From contig OZ037773.1 in NCBI GenBank assembly GCA_964035545.1, positions 8,089,751-8,153,750 on the forward strand: a stretch of 64,000 nt of DNA, read 5' to 3'. Both the position numbers and the translations under genes were made by a program. Below are positions 25,301 to 38,963 of the stretch, one piece after another; the first letter of the stretch is position 1, and every line of letters starts with the position of its first letter. This DNA is from Bugula neritina (lineage: Eukaryota > Animalia > Bryozoa). Under the pieces are notes generated by a model. The model had not been told where the DNA came from. It ran no database searches and worked only from the letters and a program-made list of their open reading frames with translations.

Positions 25301-28300
25301 TTAATGAAATATTTGATATCACTAGCAATGCAGTAATGTATGCATAGTTTGAAAACGAAACACCCATTTATCATAAGCTATGGAAAACAGTAAACTTCAT
25401 ACCAGATATAATTATAGCCATTGCATTAGGATCTATCACATGACAGGTTCAACATTCTAAGCGTGTCAAGGTTATTTATAGCTTCTAATAAGCTTTAAAA
25501 TCAATTAATTAAAAATATAGTTTGATTAGATATTGCATTAGCATATGAAATTAATATAAACCTATTTACTATGCCATATAAATAATTTATTGGTTTACTA
25601 ATGTAATAATGCAGCAGGACACACTTGTGCACTTTGAACCGTTAATCATGATAAACGAAGAAGATAAGCTGACATTTTCTTAAATGTTTATGAAAGAAAA
25701 ATTAATTTAAAGTTTCTGGTCATGATGATTTATGACTGAAGTGTGTCTACGGCTTAGCGTTCTTTTCTGATCTAATAATGATTAACATAATCTTGTGGAA
25801 ATGAAATTCACTTCCAGTTTCCTGGATACACTCATTTACCACGTTTTCAATATTTTAATGCCCAGAATGGTTGGTAGGAACCAATGTGGTTGATAAGGCT
25901 GACCATTCCAGCTAGAGAAATATTCAATAAAACCATTGCCATGGCAAGTTGTAGCAACTACATCAATGCATTTCGTTAGCAACAACATGGTCATTGGCCC
26001 TTGTTACTTCACAGATGCTTTCTATAAATATTGCTCTTTATAGCTGTATTTTTATTCTTTATTGCTAACTTCTTTTTAAGTTGAGGAAATCTAAATTTTA
26101 GCTACTAATGTCAGCTTTTATTAAATTACATGTCAATTAATATTTTTGACTCATTATTTAAGTCTCATATATAGGTTCATATAAATAGGCATTGCTTTCA
26201 GCATATTCATTATAAAATTTATCCTATAACATAAAAGTAATAATCATTGCACACAGTAAAAAATCTAAGCGGCTGTGTAAAATAAAATGCTCATGATAAA
26301 ACGTTATGACTGCCTAATGTAAAATATTCTTATGTAAAAAGATGGGAGGAAGAACCATAGCCATTTTTATGAATCTAAAGCTACCCTTAAAAACAAGAAT
26401 AATTTTACAGGCAGTTTTGATTTGAGGGCGACTGAGCGAAATAATTTGGGATTCTTGAGTTTGGAGCTGGGCGTTCCAAGTTCCAACTTCCACTCCCAAC
26501 TCTAAACTTCAGAATCAAAACTACTGCACTCAGTTACCTCCAACTCAAAGCTACTTATAAAACAATCCAAAAAAACAAGTTAACAAAGCGCTTATTTTTG
26601 ATGAGTAGTGTTCTATCTAAGCTCACCCGCAAGATCTCTACACACATACAAATAACTTTAACTATCTTACTTGTTGATCTCTTCTCCTCCTTCAGAACCA
26701 GATTCAGGACTCAGAGTAATGTCATGGTCAATGAACTGACCCCAGTTCATAAGCAAGTGGGAGTGGTCATTGCTGATGTTAGATGTGGTGAGATGGATGT
26801 CAAGAGATACCCTCCTTGCGCTGGGTAGTATGTCTTTAGAGTAATGGTACTTTATACGTGGAGAGTTGAAACCTGTAGGCAAATTTAGAAATATGTAAAC
26901 AATAGAGGAGAGGCATGCTATACCACCCATCCTTGGAAGTGAGTATCCTCATAGGTGCTTAAGCTATGTAAGGGTAAGGTTCCTAGAAGTCAGCTGTTGT
27001 AATACAGCGTATGGTCAAGGGGAGCTGCTCTAGGTGCTACCAAATTTGTTTGAAATTTAAATCAGTGTCTAGCCACTGAAGCAATAGTTATACGTGTCAC
27101 TTTTTAATCTGGGAAGTAAAAGCAAAAGTTAATAAATTTTGAACTCATCAATTTAGAGCACTTTTAGATAAATAATTTATGTGACATTTGAATAAATTCA
27201 GTAATCTGCTTGCCAAGTGATAGACATAGATTAACAACATGTGGCAAACAATTTTTTAGTATTTTCAACATGGCACTATTTAGTTCAATTACTTTTTGAA
27301 CCCTAGCTAATCAAAATATAGATTAAATGAGTTTTTCTTCACATTGGTACTCCATACAGTTGACCTTCCATTTTTGTTGCCAGGGTCATTTGGTGTATTA
27401 GCATCTTACCATCCTGGTATCTCTGTGGTGACATTCTAATAAGAGGAGTTTTGGCAGCCCCCCTCCAAGGGTGGAGTAGGTTGTTACACGTGCCATCAAT
27501 TGTCCTGAACTCGGCGTGAGGATCACAGGCTGGGCGTTTGAAGAATGGGTTTTGGCTGGCTGCAAACACCAAATACAGAGTTCCAAACATGTCAACAGAC
27601 ATCTTCAAAGATGACATTTTGGTTAGTGGCCAAAACCTCTTTTGATAAAAGCTGTTAAAAGTAGTTAATTGATATAAATGCATCTCATAATAATAGACTA
27701 ATAGACGTCTAGCCATATTTTATGTGAAAATAAAATTTTGACCAACTGTTGAGATTAAAAGTCGCTTTATTTTTAGATATGAAAATTACTTACATAATCT
27801 GGAAGGTCGTCCATGTCTAAAACATAAAATACACAGAAAAACTATAATTCCAACAGTGAGAAATTTTGACAAAGAAATATTTTTACTTATTTTCAAAATC
27901 AAATTATTTTTGTCCCCTCTAGTATCATTTGATAACACAAGAGCTATTCAATTAGTGTCAAGTTTTGTGAATTCTTGACAACCAGCTAATACGTATCACG
28001 CTATAAAAATCGGAAAAGTTTGGGCTCCAATGAAATTACTTGCTGTAACTTTCTATAGGCTGAAGCTTATTTTTAACCAGTTTTTATAGTAACAGCTATT
28101 TTTATAGAAACTATAGATAAACAATGTTGAGCAATTTAAGTTTTCAAAGCATAAAAATGATGCCATAAAACATTTTCAACGCCTGTAAATAATCAGACTT
28201 TTATGGCCCATTAAATAGCTTGTCACCTGTTTTGATGAATGTGGCATGTATACAAACAGTAGGAAGACATTAAACCTTAATTTATTAATTTTTACCACCA

Positions 28301-29825
28301 AATTTCTACTAAATATGATTCAATGTATGTCTTTGAAAGAAAATAAAAAGATAATCTGAAGTAATATGGAGATCAAACAGTGCGGAAGAGCATTAAAATG
28401 AAACCAACTAAGCTTCTAAGAATCCAGTACATAACTCAATCTTGTGTTGCTAGGGAAGTATTAATAACTATTTTTTAAAGCAATGGTTTAGTTTACTATA
28501 TAAGCTATGTTACATCATTATGCTTCTGCCAATTACTTTTATATATCTGCAGTAATATATATTATATTATGTAAAATTTTAATATTCAAAAATGCTTTTT
28601 TGAAACGTAAAGTCACTGCAAATACAAAACTTATAGTAACCCCAGATGCTACAAGTAGGCTTTTTAATGGTCTATAAAAGTTTGCCTCTTAAAGCATTAC
28701 CAATTTTGATGGAACTACCTCTGTTGCTATATGTGTAGAATATATGCCACCACCAAAAGTTATAGTTTTGCAGTTTTTACATTTGCAAAGCAACTTGCTA
28801 CAAATTACACTATCTAGCTATTGGGGAATCACAACACAATGATACAACAGTTATCAATTGAAAAACTATTAGTTACTTATATCAAATCACTTCACAAAGG
28901 GTATATGGGAAGGATGAATTGTGTTGTTTATAGAAACTCTTGCTAAATTCACAGGTTATAATAATAAAAGCTGTAGCCTGTGTTCTTTGATTTTACCTTT
29001 TAGCATCCAACATTTCATTAGCAATTCTCTCCAAATTGTGCAGAGCAAATTCTGGATTATCAGGTTCATTTTCAGAAAGATGGATACTGTGTCTTTCATC
29101 TATCAAAGAGGCCCTGGAAATGAAGTCAAAGACTGTAGAAAAAGCAGCAAATTGCTATAAAGAGTAGAAGTTGAGAATGACTTAGTGAAATATTTGTATG
29201 CACATAGTTGGCACAACTCCAAAGGAGGCCTCCAAACTAATGCACTCAGTGACTATCAACTCAGTGCTGTCTTTATCAATTTCTAAAGTAGCACTAGTAA
29301 ATTGAAACTCAAGCTGTACTTATACTAAATTGGCTTTCAATTACAGAGATCAACGTTTATTTTAAAGTAAACTACAATTTAGATATTACCTATTTTTTGC
29401 TAAGCTAATGACATTTCACATGTTTGTTTAGATATCAAGAAGCCTAAAGTCCTTTCTCAAAAAAGCTTTTTTATCTTGCAAAAATTTATAGAACTCAAAC
29501 TTAGATGAGCAAAATATTTTATGTTCTGTTTTACTTTATGTTACAAAGGTTGACTACTAATATTTTGATAATATTAAAAGTTAAAATCAAACATAGTAAT
29601 ATATAAAATCCTTAAATACATTATCAATATCACCATAAAAAGCTTCAGTAATTTTTGGCATAAACATTATTTTCTTATTGTATTGAAACTTTTCTAATAT
29701 GAGAATAAAGATTTCTAGTTTACAGTTCACATACAATGCATGGCAATCTGGTTTACCTACCATGTTGTAGTCAGTAGAAAAGCAGCAAGAATTACTCCTT
29801 CAGCAAGAAATTTCCAGCCAGCCAT
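16361..29825 (-). CDS. Secreted animal heme peroxidase, paralog B, 17 exons, ~683 aa, Pro/Arg/Phe-rich C-terminal tail
   Basis: Exons: 29761-29825, 28997-29113, 27794-27816, 27410-27559, 26671-26872, 24552-24694, 22950-23068, 21712-21823, 20832-20935, 20087-20247, 19736-19860, 19144-19214, 18294-18388, 17798-17925, 17379-17516, 16915-17017, 16361-16556. Total 2052 nt, open frame. Signal peptide [23 protein letters not shown]. Motifs: [56 protein letters not shown]. Confidence 0.94.
24948..25152 (-). mobile_element. tRNA-derived SINE, copy 1 (gene B intron 5)
   Basis: Minus strand: GAGCAGCCATGGTCTAGGGGTTAGAG (A box), GGTTCGAACCC (B box), then GGTGTTAGGAAGAGCATCCAGTCATAA and tail CATCAGGGGTTTT..GGGATGGCAACTAT. 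Related copy at 37552. Confidence 0.7.
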
Positions 29826-31061
29826 TTTAGAGAAAAGCTATAACAATGACTAAATCAAATCTCACTGCTCCATATTAATATACTCTGCAGCAAACAACTT
29901 TCATCCAATAGCAGCTCTTGTTACTCCTGTTGCTCCTAGCAACCACACTGTTTGTTGCAATCCAATGTTAATTTACAGGAAAATTCTATCTCGTGCAAAG
30001 TTAATGTAGGAAGTAATTATAATAAATAACACTCTATGCACACTTTTTGTATCAAATATTTTAATAACAGGTTTGGACTAAACATTTGGTAGACAGTAAA
30101 CTGTAAGTTTAATCTTCTAGCTACACTAAGAAGGATCAGCTGCCAGAAGATGGAACTTGTGAATTATTTCCATGTAATTTATGTAAATCTGATTAAAAAC
30201 ATGGTTGGAAATATTTCTGATGCTTAATTAGAAAATAGGTCATGATCATTAACTGTTTTTGCAGTGGTACTCTCTAGCTACTGTTTACCCATATATAAAT
30301 TAATTTATAATTACCAGTTATGAAATTAAAAGATTTTTCAGGACAGTGAATATAATTACATGCTATTAATTCAAACTTGTTTTCAGCATGGTGTTCTTAT
30401 CTGTCAAATGTCTTTCATGAACAAGTTTGCGCACAAACGAAGAATTAGTACAACGGAAAATATATTTAAATTCATATGAAGTCAACTTTCCCTGTTACCA
30501 AACTGGGTTCTGCATCATAAATTGGATGTTTTTGCTTGCTTAAGTTTTCCAAGAAGTTGAATTAAGTTTCAAGTTGTTGTGTTTCAGTATACAGAAATGT
30601 TTATTGTTGCAGACTGAAAAAAAGTAGCAATGTGAAAGAGTTATATCATAAGTTACAAGTGTAAAACACAAGTGTGAAGATAAGTGAAAATGCTAGGTTG
30701 TTATATCAGTCAAAAAGGTTAGCTTTTGTGTGGTAGCCATTATGAATTTGGAAAAAGCCTAACATAGCTGGCATAGCTGAGATGATGTGTGAAAAGCTAT
30801 CATGAATTAGAGAAAAGCTTTCCCAGCTTAGATAAAGCCCTAACATAAATAATGGTGAAGTTTCCAAGAATAAAGACGAGTTTTTGTTTAAATAATAAAG
30901 GTTTAGTTGGAATTATTCTTCTACGTAATAATTGTTGCAAGTTTTTAATGTTTAATTACTAAACATTGATTGACAATATTAATATATAACACATGCTTAG
31001 ATTATTTCTGACGCAAAGTGTAAAATTTAGAAAACAAATTTATGTATTCTATCTTATATAT

Positions 31062-32081
31062 AGAGATGCCGTATGTTATTGTGAGTGAAGATCATTTTAT
31101 ATGTAATGAGAACTTAGGTCAAAAATTATTATAAATGTTGGGTGGAAAGAAAGTTGAAAGAGACATTATGCTGTTATATTATCTTCACTTTATATTTACT
31201 AGAAAGCAAAAAAAAATGTTTCTTTGCATAATATACCCAAACATCAAATTAAAGAAGTTAAAAGAGCTGATTCATAATTCAATTTTTTTTTATAAAAGTA
31301 AGTCAAGGTACAAGCTTTGGCAAAACATAAAAAGTTTGAGAGTAGAGCCACGAATGGTTAGCTGCAGCAGTACTTACTAAGGTACAATATAATTGGCTTG
31401 TTACTTACCATAGTGTAATGTGATTGGTTGGCTAGTTAATATAGTACCTTTCACTGGCCTGGTCTAGACACAGATAAAAAGATATATCATTTTGTTTCCA
31501 AGAAAAATGATTTGGATAGGTCTATTTGTGACTCTGTAACATGACTTGACTGACGGGAGGCCAGCCGTCTTTTTTAATATTCCTCAGCAGTTTAACAGGA
31601 GTCAGGGAAATTATCCCATTACTACTAAATCAAAAAGACAAGCTAATTACAGCATTTTTTATCCCCAGATGTGTGGTTGGTTGAGTGTTTTTTGCAAGTT
31701 TTCCTAATTTGTTTTGACAATAGGCGTTCTAAACAGCGCCTCTTAAATTTTAAAGCCTTGTTAAATGTGAGAGAAACTGCCACAAAAAGCTTGCCAATTA
31801 CATAAAGCTGTCATGTGCCAGACTTGACAACTATGTTTGTTGTTTTGAAATGAACTCCCTGGAACTTGCAGAATATTTAAAAGCTGCAATCTGAATTCAT
31901 TTATAGATTACATCTACTGCAGTTAATACCAGGAAACTAATACCAATATTTTAGCTGTTGGACGTTTGAGGAAGTTTAGAAATGTGTATATCAAGATTTT
32001 TAAAATGTTATGCAATCGTGGAATGGTAGGAATGCAGTAAATGTATTTATTATGCCGAGTAAAGTGGGGTGTACCTCTTAG
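31062..32081 (+). mobile_element. Possible decayed non-autonomous Helitron-like element
   Basis: A|TCTTATATATAGAG start and a GC-richer degenerate hairpin (GCCGAGTAAAGTGGGG) shortly before CTTAG|T. Termini imperfect. Confidence 0.2.
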
Positions 32082-35000
32082 TATAATATAACAATTGTAG
32101 ATGCTCTAAAAATGGCTTTGTGTAGTCATAAAACAAACTTGAATAGTTTTCCGAGCCAAGACTTTCGCAGGTTCAACAGCATATAAAACAACCATTAATA
32201 ACTTTTAGTGTTGCATTTTGTAATAATTGAGCAAAATTTATGTTGTTTTAATGAATATAATGTTCAAAATAATGCCATGTTTTTGACTAGTGACAGGTGA
32301 ATTAAATTTAGTTTAGCTAAATTCTTTTAAGCAAAAACAAAGCATATTATAAACAAACTTACTAAATGTTGGGACTTGGGGCAAGACTCTGGTTAATTTA
32401 TGTATGTTGTTTGTGTTTGGCTTAATGAAAAATTATTCTGCAGCGTATACAGGCTGTAAGAATTGTTGCAACATCAGCTGCAGTAGTGTCTTCACAAATA
32501 GTCCATAGCAAAAAGTGTTTCGTGATCGCACATTTCGAAAACAGCTATAAGTCGTTTTTAAACTAATACAACCTACAATTTTAATCGTATTTCAAAAGCA
32601 ATTTGTTAATTTGAAAAGCTTCTAAATCAATTTGTGCTGAAATATAGCTTGCAGTTAGCTAATCATGTAATATAAAAAGCTCCATTTTTCTACTCTATGA
32701 GAGTATTGATATATGCTAGACTACAGCAACGTAATTTACTTAATTTACTATATTATTATATAAAAGCATTATATCTGCAGAGAGAGGCTGATGAGAAATA
32801 TTCCAATTGTCAATATAGACACACAGAGGTATAAATAGCCATGGAAGTGGGTCTGGCTATGAATCAGCTTCTACATATGTGGACGTTAACACTGCAAAAT
32901 TGGCATGGATTTGCCACGAGTTATACAACTCAATTACAAATACTGTAACTTTGAAAGCAATTACATCACATGTCAACTTCCTAAACCATTTCAGCTGAAA
33001 TAAACAGGAAAACTTCATAAACCTTTATTTACTAATAGCCTACATAACTTAATGTTATTAATTAAAAATGTTTTGCAATATGCTGTAATTAGAGAATTGT
33101 TGGCACCTTTGATCAATGATATTAGGCTATGTTAGATGGTAACATTGGCCTGTGCTGGAAACTAGGTGCTGTACTCAATATATAGAAGTCTTATTAGTCA
33201 TCATTATTGCCTGACATACAATGATGGTAGGAAAAAGCTGGTGAACGATAACTGGAGTTAACAGTTGAATAAAATCTGAATCTCAATGCATGCCAATGAA
33301 ACTAACCAAAAGTTATTAAACATTGGTATAAATTAAAGTGAAAATTCCTATTTAGTTATGCATATTATTTCCGATAAAAAGCAATTTACTAGTTCTAATT
33401 TTAGCAAGTTCTAATTTATGTTCACCTGTATTAAAAAGCATTATTAATATTAACATATTTCACAGTTTATATTATGCTAATAAATTGCAGCAGTCATAAA
33501 TTTGGCTTAATATTACTGAAATTAAAGCTGGCCTTAAGGGTCACAAGTCACCAATCATGTTGAAATTATCAAACCAATCATTATATTTACCAATAACTTT
33601 AATTAGAATAGTTTTTTTGCATATGACATAAATATTATGTTCTAAATTATAAAATAACAAAATAGTATAAAAATCTAAAAACTTTTTTATCATATATAAT
33701 ATTTTCATGTTATCTGCATTTTTCTAAATATTAGAATTTGACTGTGTGATAGGTATGTTTCTACTTGAATTATATTTTATTAAACACAATTCAAATCGTA
33801 AGATGATCCTTAATTATAGGAATGATTAGAAAATAAATGGCTATAAAACACCGGCAAAATTTTATTAAAGATTTCAGAATTATAATAGCTTTTTTTTCAA
33901 GCTTAATGCAGATGTTGAAGTGTCGCAATACTTCATCTAAATTCTTATTATTTTCTATTCACCATTAGCTATCCAGCTCAAATAAAATGTGTACTTTTAG
34001 CAAGCAAACTCAAAATGAAACCTGAATTTAAATATCTGAAATTGAGAATCTTTAAGCATACCAGACAAGTTGAAGGATGTATCCCACTTTAAACTTTTAT
34101 TTAAGCTAATAGATGCGCTTGATAAATTATAACTGTTTGATCTATCTAAATCCCAAAAAAGGCATTCAGCTAATAATGATAAATTCAATAGATAAATCCA
34201 AATATAATTTATATCTGAATTCAAATCTCACAATGTATAAAGCCTTAAGCTAAAATATATTAGGGTGCTGCTTTTTTGCTTTTAGAAAAAATAATTTATG
34301 TTAATTTTGATGATAAATCATTATTATATTTATACTTCAATCAAAATTTTTCAAGATGGAGGAAATTTCTCGTAATTCACAAGCAGTTCAATAACCCTAA
34401 AAGTGACAGCAAGCATATTAATGGTAATTTTATCAAAAGATAAAATAATTTGATGTTTGTATTGATGACTAGTATCGTCCTCTATCACAGGGTATATATG
34501 CCCTCATGCATTGAACTATATAGAAGCTCAATATTACAATACTACATCGTAAATATATATGGGCCTGCTGTTTTTATTGTTATACATATCTTTTTGGTTT
34601 CCTTTCAAAAAAAATTGAGCGGTTACTTTCAAAATTTAAAATATTTATGTAAACTTGCCTTTATCGCATCTACAATAATATAGTGTTTGTATAATTTTGT
34701 TTTGTTTATTTGAATTGTAATAAAACAAAATCTTATAAAAGTTACATGTGCTAAAACAAGTTCCAAGTTAAATTTTAAACTCTTGCAGGCTTTATTTTGA
34801 AGATTACAAAACAACTTCGTTTTGCCAAAAAATATTGCAGCAGCGGTTCAGTTGTATTCTCTTAACCCAGTGATGCCAGTTATACAAATTCTAATTTAAG
34901 CCTATAAATATCTAAACTTTATCACCTACTTTGATACTTTAAAAAAGATTGAAATTTAATCATTGTAAGCTTTACATCATGACTCATGTAAAAGCAAGCT

Positions 35001-35726
35001 AATGACCTAGATTCAAAAAATTTGGGAAGGCTTTTAATTAACATTAAAACTCTTGAAAACTACCAGCTATGCTTTTTCAAAGTTTTAACCTACTATTGAA
35101 ATAACTCAGTTTCTGCTTCTAAATGGTCAAGGTAGAAGTTATTGTAAACTTATCCAATGTTGAGGATTTTACTCTAGTCCCAGTTGTAGTTTTTGTGTTA
35201 CAATCACTCAGTTGCACAACTTGTTATTGTTGTTGTTATTTTTGTTTTACTAATTGCTTGTAACAGCGGGCTATTGCAACAGGAAGTAACATTCTTTCAT
35301 ATTGTTTCATAATAATGTATAATTGTACAACACCTATATAAATGGTTTAGTTTATAGAATAAAATAGTTTTATGTTATATCAATACTGCTGTGTGTTGTG
35401 TCAACTGTAATCGAACCACATGCATGCATAGTATAATATAATAGAAATAACATAACCAATATATATAAAACCAGTCAGCTCAACAAGATAATATTTTGGT
35501 ACTCAAGCTAATTTGAGATAAGCTGGAAAGAAAATTATTTTGTTACTAAAAAACTAAACCAGTTGAGTAAATCTACAAGGCGACGTCACTGTTTTTATGC
35601 AATAAACAGAAAAGCATAGTACATGCTCACCGATTATTTAGAAAATAGCAAAAGTTAAAACAATACAAAACAACAGAAATATGCAGGTTTCACAATAGTT
35701 TGATAGTTACTTACTGGAAAACATTT

Positions 35727-35800
35727 GCCCCAACTGGGAATCAAACCTCAGAGTTCTAAGCTCCAAGTCAGCTTGCTACTCACCATGCTATAGAGGCTAC
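35727..35800 (-). mobile_element. Degenerate tRNA-like (SINE head) fragment
   Basis: Minus strand GCCTCTATAGCATGGTGAGTAGC..GGTTTGATTCCCAGTTGGGGC: A/B-box-like with imperfect acceptor stem; not a functional cloverleaf. Confidence 0.4.
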
Positions 35801-37551
35801 TAGAATCACATTATTCTAATAAGATATCGAATCAAATTACTCCAAGTACTACAAAGTAATGGAACTGTAGATTGGTGTTATAAATTGTCATCAAATCCGC
35901 TTTTATAAATATGTTTTAGTGTCATCATTACTTTTAAGAATATCATAGCTACCTAAATCCTCTTCCCACCCACGTGAAATTTAATTTCTTTCTTAATTAG
36001 TTAGCAGTGTGTTTAATAACCTTATAGTAATTTACTTGTGTGCTGCTTATGCAATTTTATTGTTTTTATTACTTCTGCTAGTAATTAAATTAATCTGAAT
36101 TAAAAGCTCAAATTTTAGTTCACAATTTTAGTAATAATAAAAAAATTAAAATCCATCTTACAAAATTGAAATATTCTGTTGACTGAAAAATTTTTTTGGC
36201 AAAAACAAAAAAATTGTTAACTATAATGTTTTGCCAAAACCCTTGCATGCACTTACTTGTGAATCAATAAAATATTATTCAAAGAATTTCATTTTTAAGT
36301 TGCGAAATCTCCACCATCATAATTTATATAAAATCTAAAACATGCCGGCTAGTATTTTAATTTCATATCTTTTATCCAAACTGCCAGTACCTAAGCTCCC
36401 TCAATCAGGATAACAAGTAATTTTAACAAAACTCGGTTTAATTATAAGCAACTGAAACAATCAAGTTTTACTTGGGTTAGGGTTTGAAAACAACAAAAGT
36501 GTTTGAAAAGTTGAATGCAAAATTACCTGAAACTTTGACAGTGCTTCTATTGTTCAGAATTTGTAAGCAGAAATTTAAAAAGTAAAAACCTAAACTAGCT
36601 TCGACCTGCAGTGCTGAAGCAAATAAAATTATCCGATTGTAAATTAGGATGATCCAAATTTTCCCTTATTTAATTTTCTTCCAAGCATTTTTATCATTCA
36701 CTCACTCTTGCTTTTTTCAGTCTTTACCCACATTAGTTTCTCTTAGAGAGTGTTTGGCTTTTACTGCACAATAGTGTATAGCTGCATTAGCTGTGCAAAT
36801 CAAACAATGAAAAAGGAATGTGACTTTAATAGCTTCCTAGGTAAAAAAGAAGTATATTTATGTAATATACTCTTCATAAAATAACAATTAGTAGCATTGA
36901 AAATTCTTTTAGATTTGTGACAAGATCACCATATCGCAATTTAGTTATCAACAGTATATATTGACTATCATATGATGAGCCCAATGGCATTGGTAGAGCT
37001 ATGTTTTGTAGTTTATCATAGGTCACAGTTTAGTTACATAAAAGTAGGCAATGATTAGGTTTCCACTTTATGACCTGTTATATTAGATATTAGTCAGCTA
37101 TTAGGTAGGTAAATCACTCAAAGCCTATCAGCTATTACCACGTGGAAGTGGAGAGATGCTAACGGAGACAGAGGAGATAGAGTTATATTAACACCTACAT
37201 AACTACTCCAGCACCTGTCAACATGCTTATAGGTGACCTTGTTGTCAGAGTAACTGACTGCTGCCTAATTTGACACAGCATGGTACTATTAGCATCAGTT
37301 TTAGAAGAGAGCAGAGAAAAATCTCAGAGAAAGAGTTTCTAGTTGCATTTAAATGCACTTGAACAACTTCCAATTAGAAAAAGTAAATTTGATTATTAGT
37401 GATTAGTAATTACTAATTAGTAATGATAGATTTATGACCCTAGAAATATTCCTTAATGCCATGAATCAGCATAAGTTTAGCAACACTGCTATGGTGGCAC
37501 TGCGGAGACATAACACAAAATATACTTGACTTTATGGAGTCTTGTGAGGTA

Positions 37552-37737
37552 GAGCAGCCATGGTGTAGTTGTTAGAGTGCTGGCCTAATAAGAACGGGGT
37601 TAGTGGTTTGATTCTAAACACGGTGATAATGTTAGAAAAGAAAGAGCATTTACTCATAATTCTTAAAGTCATAATTTTTTAAGTATTAAAATGTTTCCTC
37701 ATCAGGGGCTTTTACAGGGATAACAATTATAAACTCC
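37552..37737 (+). mobile_element. tRNA-derived SINE, copy 2 (more decayed)
   Basis: GAGCAGCCATGGTGTAGTTGTTAGAG..GGTTTGATTC..AAAGAGCATTTACTCATAAT..CATCAGGGGCTTTTACAGGGATAACAATTATAAACT, colinear with copy 1. Confidence 0.6.
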
Positions 37738-38963
37738 TTTGACTTTTATATAAAGCCTTAAAGAGTATCATGAAAAAATGTGCTTTCTTTAGCATGCAAA
37801 TGTTTCCACTTTGATTGTAAATACGTTGTTCAAATATGCAGTTTTTAAGCAGCAAGTTAACAGGAAATCCCAATACAAACTGTGCATGTAAAATGACTTC
37901 AGCTGGAAAATCTCATAATATAGTGTCGCTGGAATGCAAGAGCAGCTAACTCCCAATGCAATATTTTCGAAATTTATTATCTTCAGCCATGATTGCGTAT
38001 AGAAGTGTGGAGACGATAACCACCCTACCTATAAGCTGAACATGTAGATTTCAATCTATGTAGCATGTTTGAGATTCTGTGTAGATGAATCATGAAATAT
38101 TGGAAATATATCCGTGTCAATTCAAGATAAATGACCTTGTAATAGCTTGTAATGGATGATTATAACTGACAAATTTGTGAGGATAACACTTAATTACAAT
38201 TTAGTTTGCAGTGTGATAAACATTGATATGTGTAATTAAGTGATGCTAATCAAAAAAACTAATTTGTACACTAATATTTTGATTTATTGTAAATATATGC
38301 AAGTAAATGCCACAATGATCATTTTCTAGTGTGTCAAAGCTTGTCAGAATGTACATTTAATAAGCAAGATGATAATATGCAGACTATTGTGTATAAGCCA
38401 ATGTATAATAGCACATAATACTATAATTGTGTGATAAATATAAAAAATATTGATGTATGTTCAATAAGGTTGTTATTTTTACAGCTTGTGTTATGTCATT
38501 ACATGCATCACTAGTAGATGTTACACTATCAGCAACTGGCTGTCTGTAATGTGGTTGACCAATAGAATAACTCCTAGTGTTGCTGAGGAAAGACATAGTG
38601 AACTGCTGTTGAGTATTGGAATTGTACAGGTGTAGGTGATGCCAGCCTTCTGAACTAGTTGGCAGGGAATCCTATATTAATTAAGTTGTAGTTTAAACAA
38701 TGAGTTCAATGATTTGTGCATGCAAGTGTATATATTAGTTTATACTAAAGATAACAAATACATGTTCCAAAGGCACGTACGCGTAACATTTATATATTTA
38801 CAATAAAATTATATTTTAAGAATAATTCTCTAAATTGATTACATTTCCCAAATAACTGTTCACTCTATATACTATGGCAGAGTTTATATTAAAAAACTCC
38901 CAGTTTAACAAATAACATATGCTTCTTTGGTTTATGTCACACAAGATGTGCAAAGCTTCTTAT

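Noticed and set aside
33534-34865. TTAA-flanked Kolobok/piggyBac-like element
   Set aside because: The putative TIRs match only weakly and there is no coding remnant.
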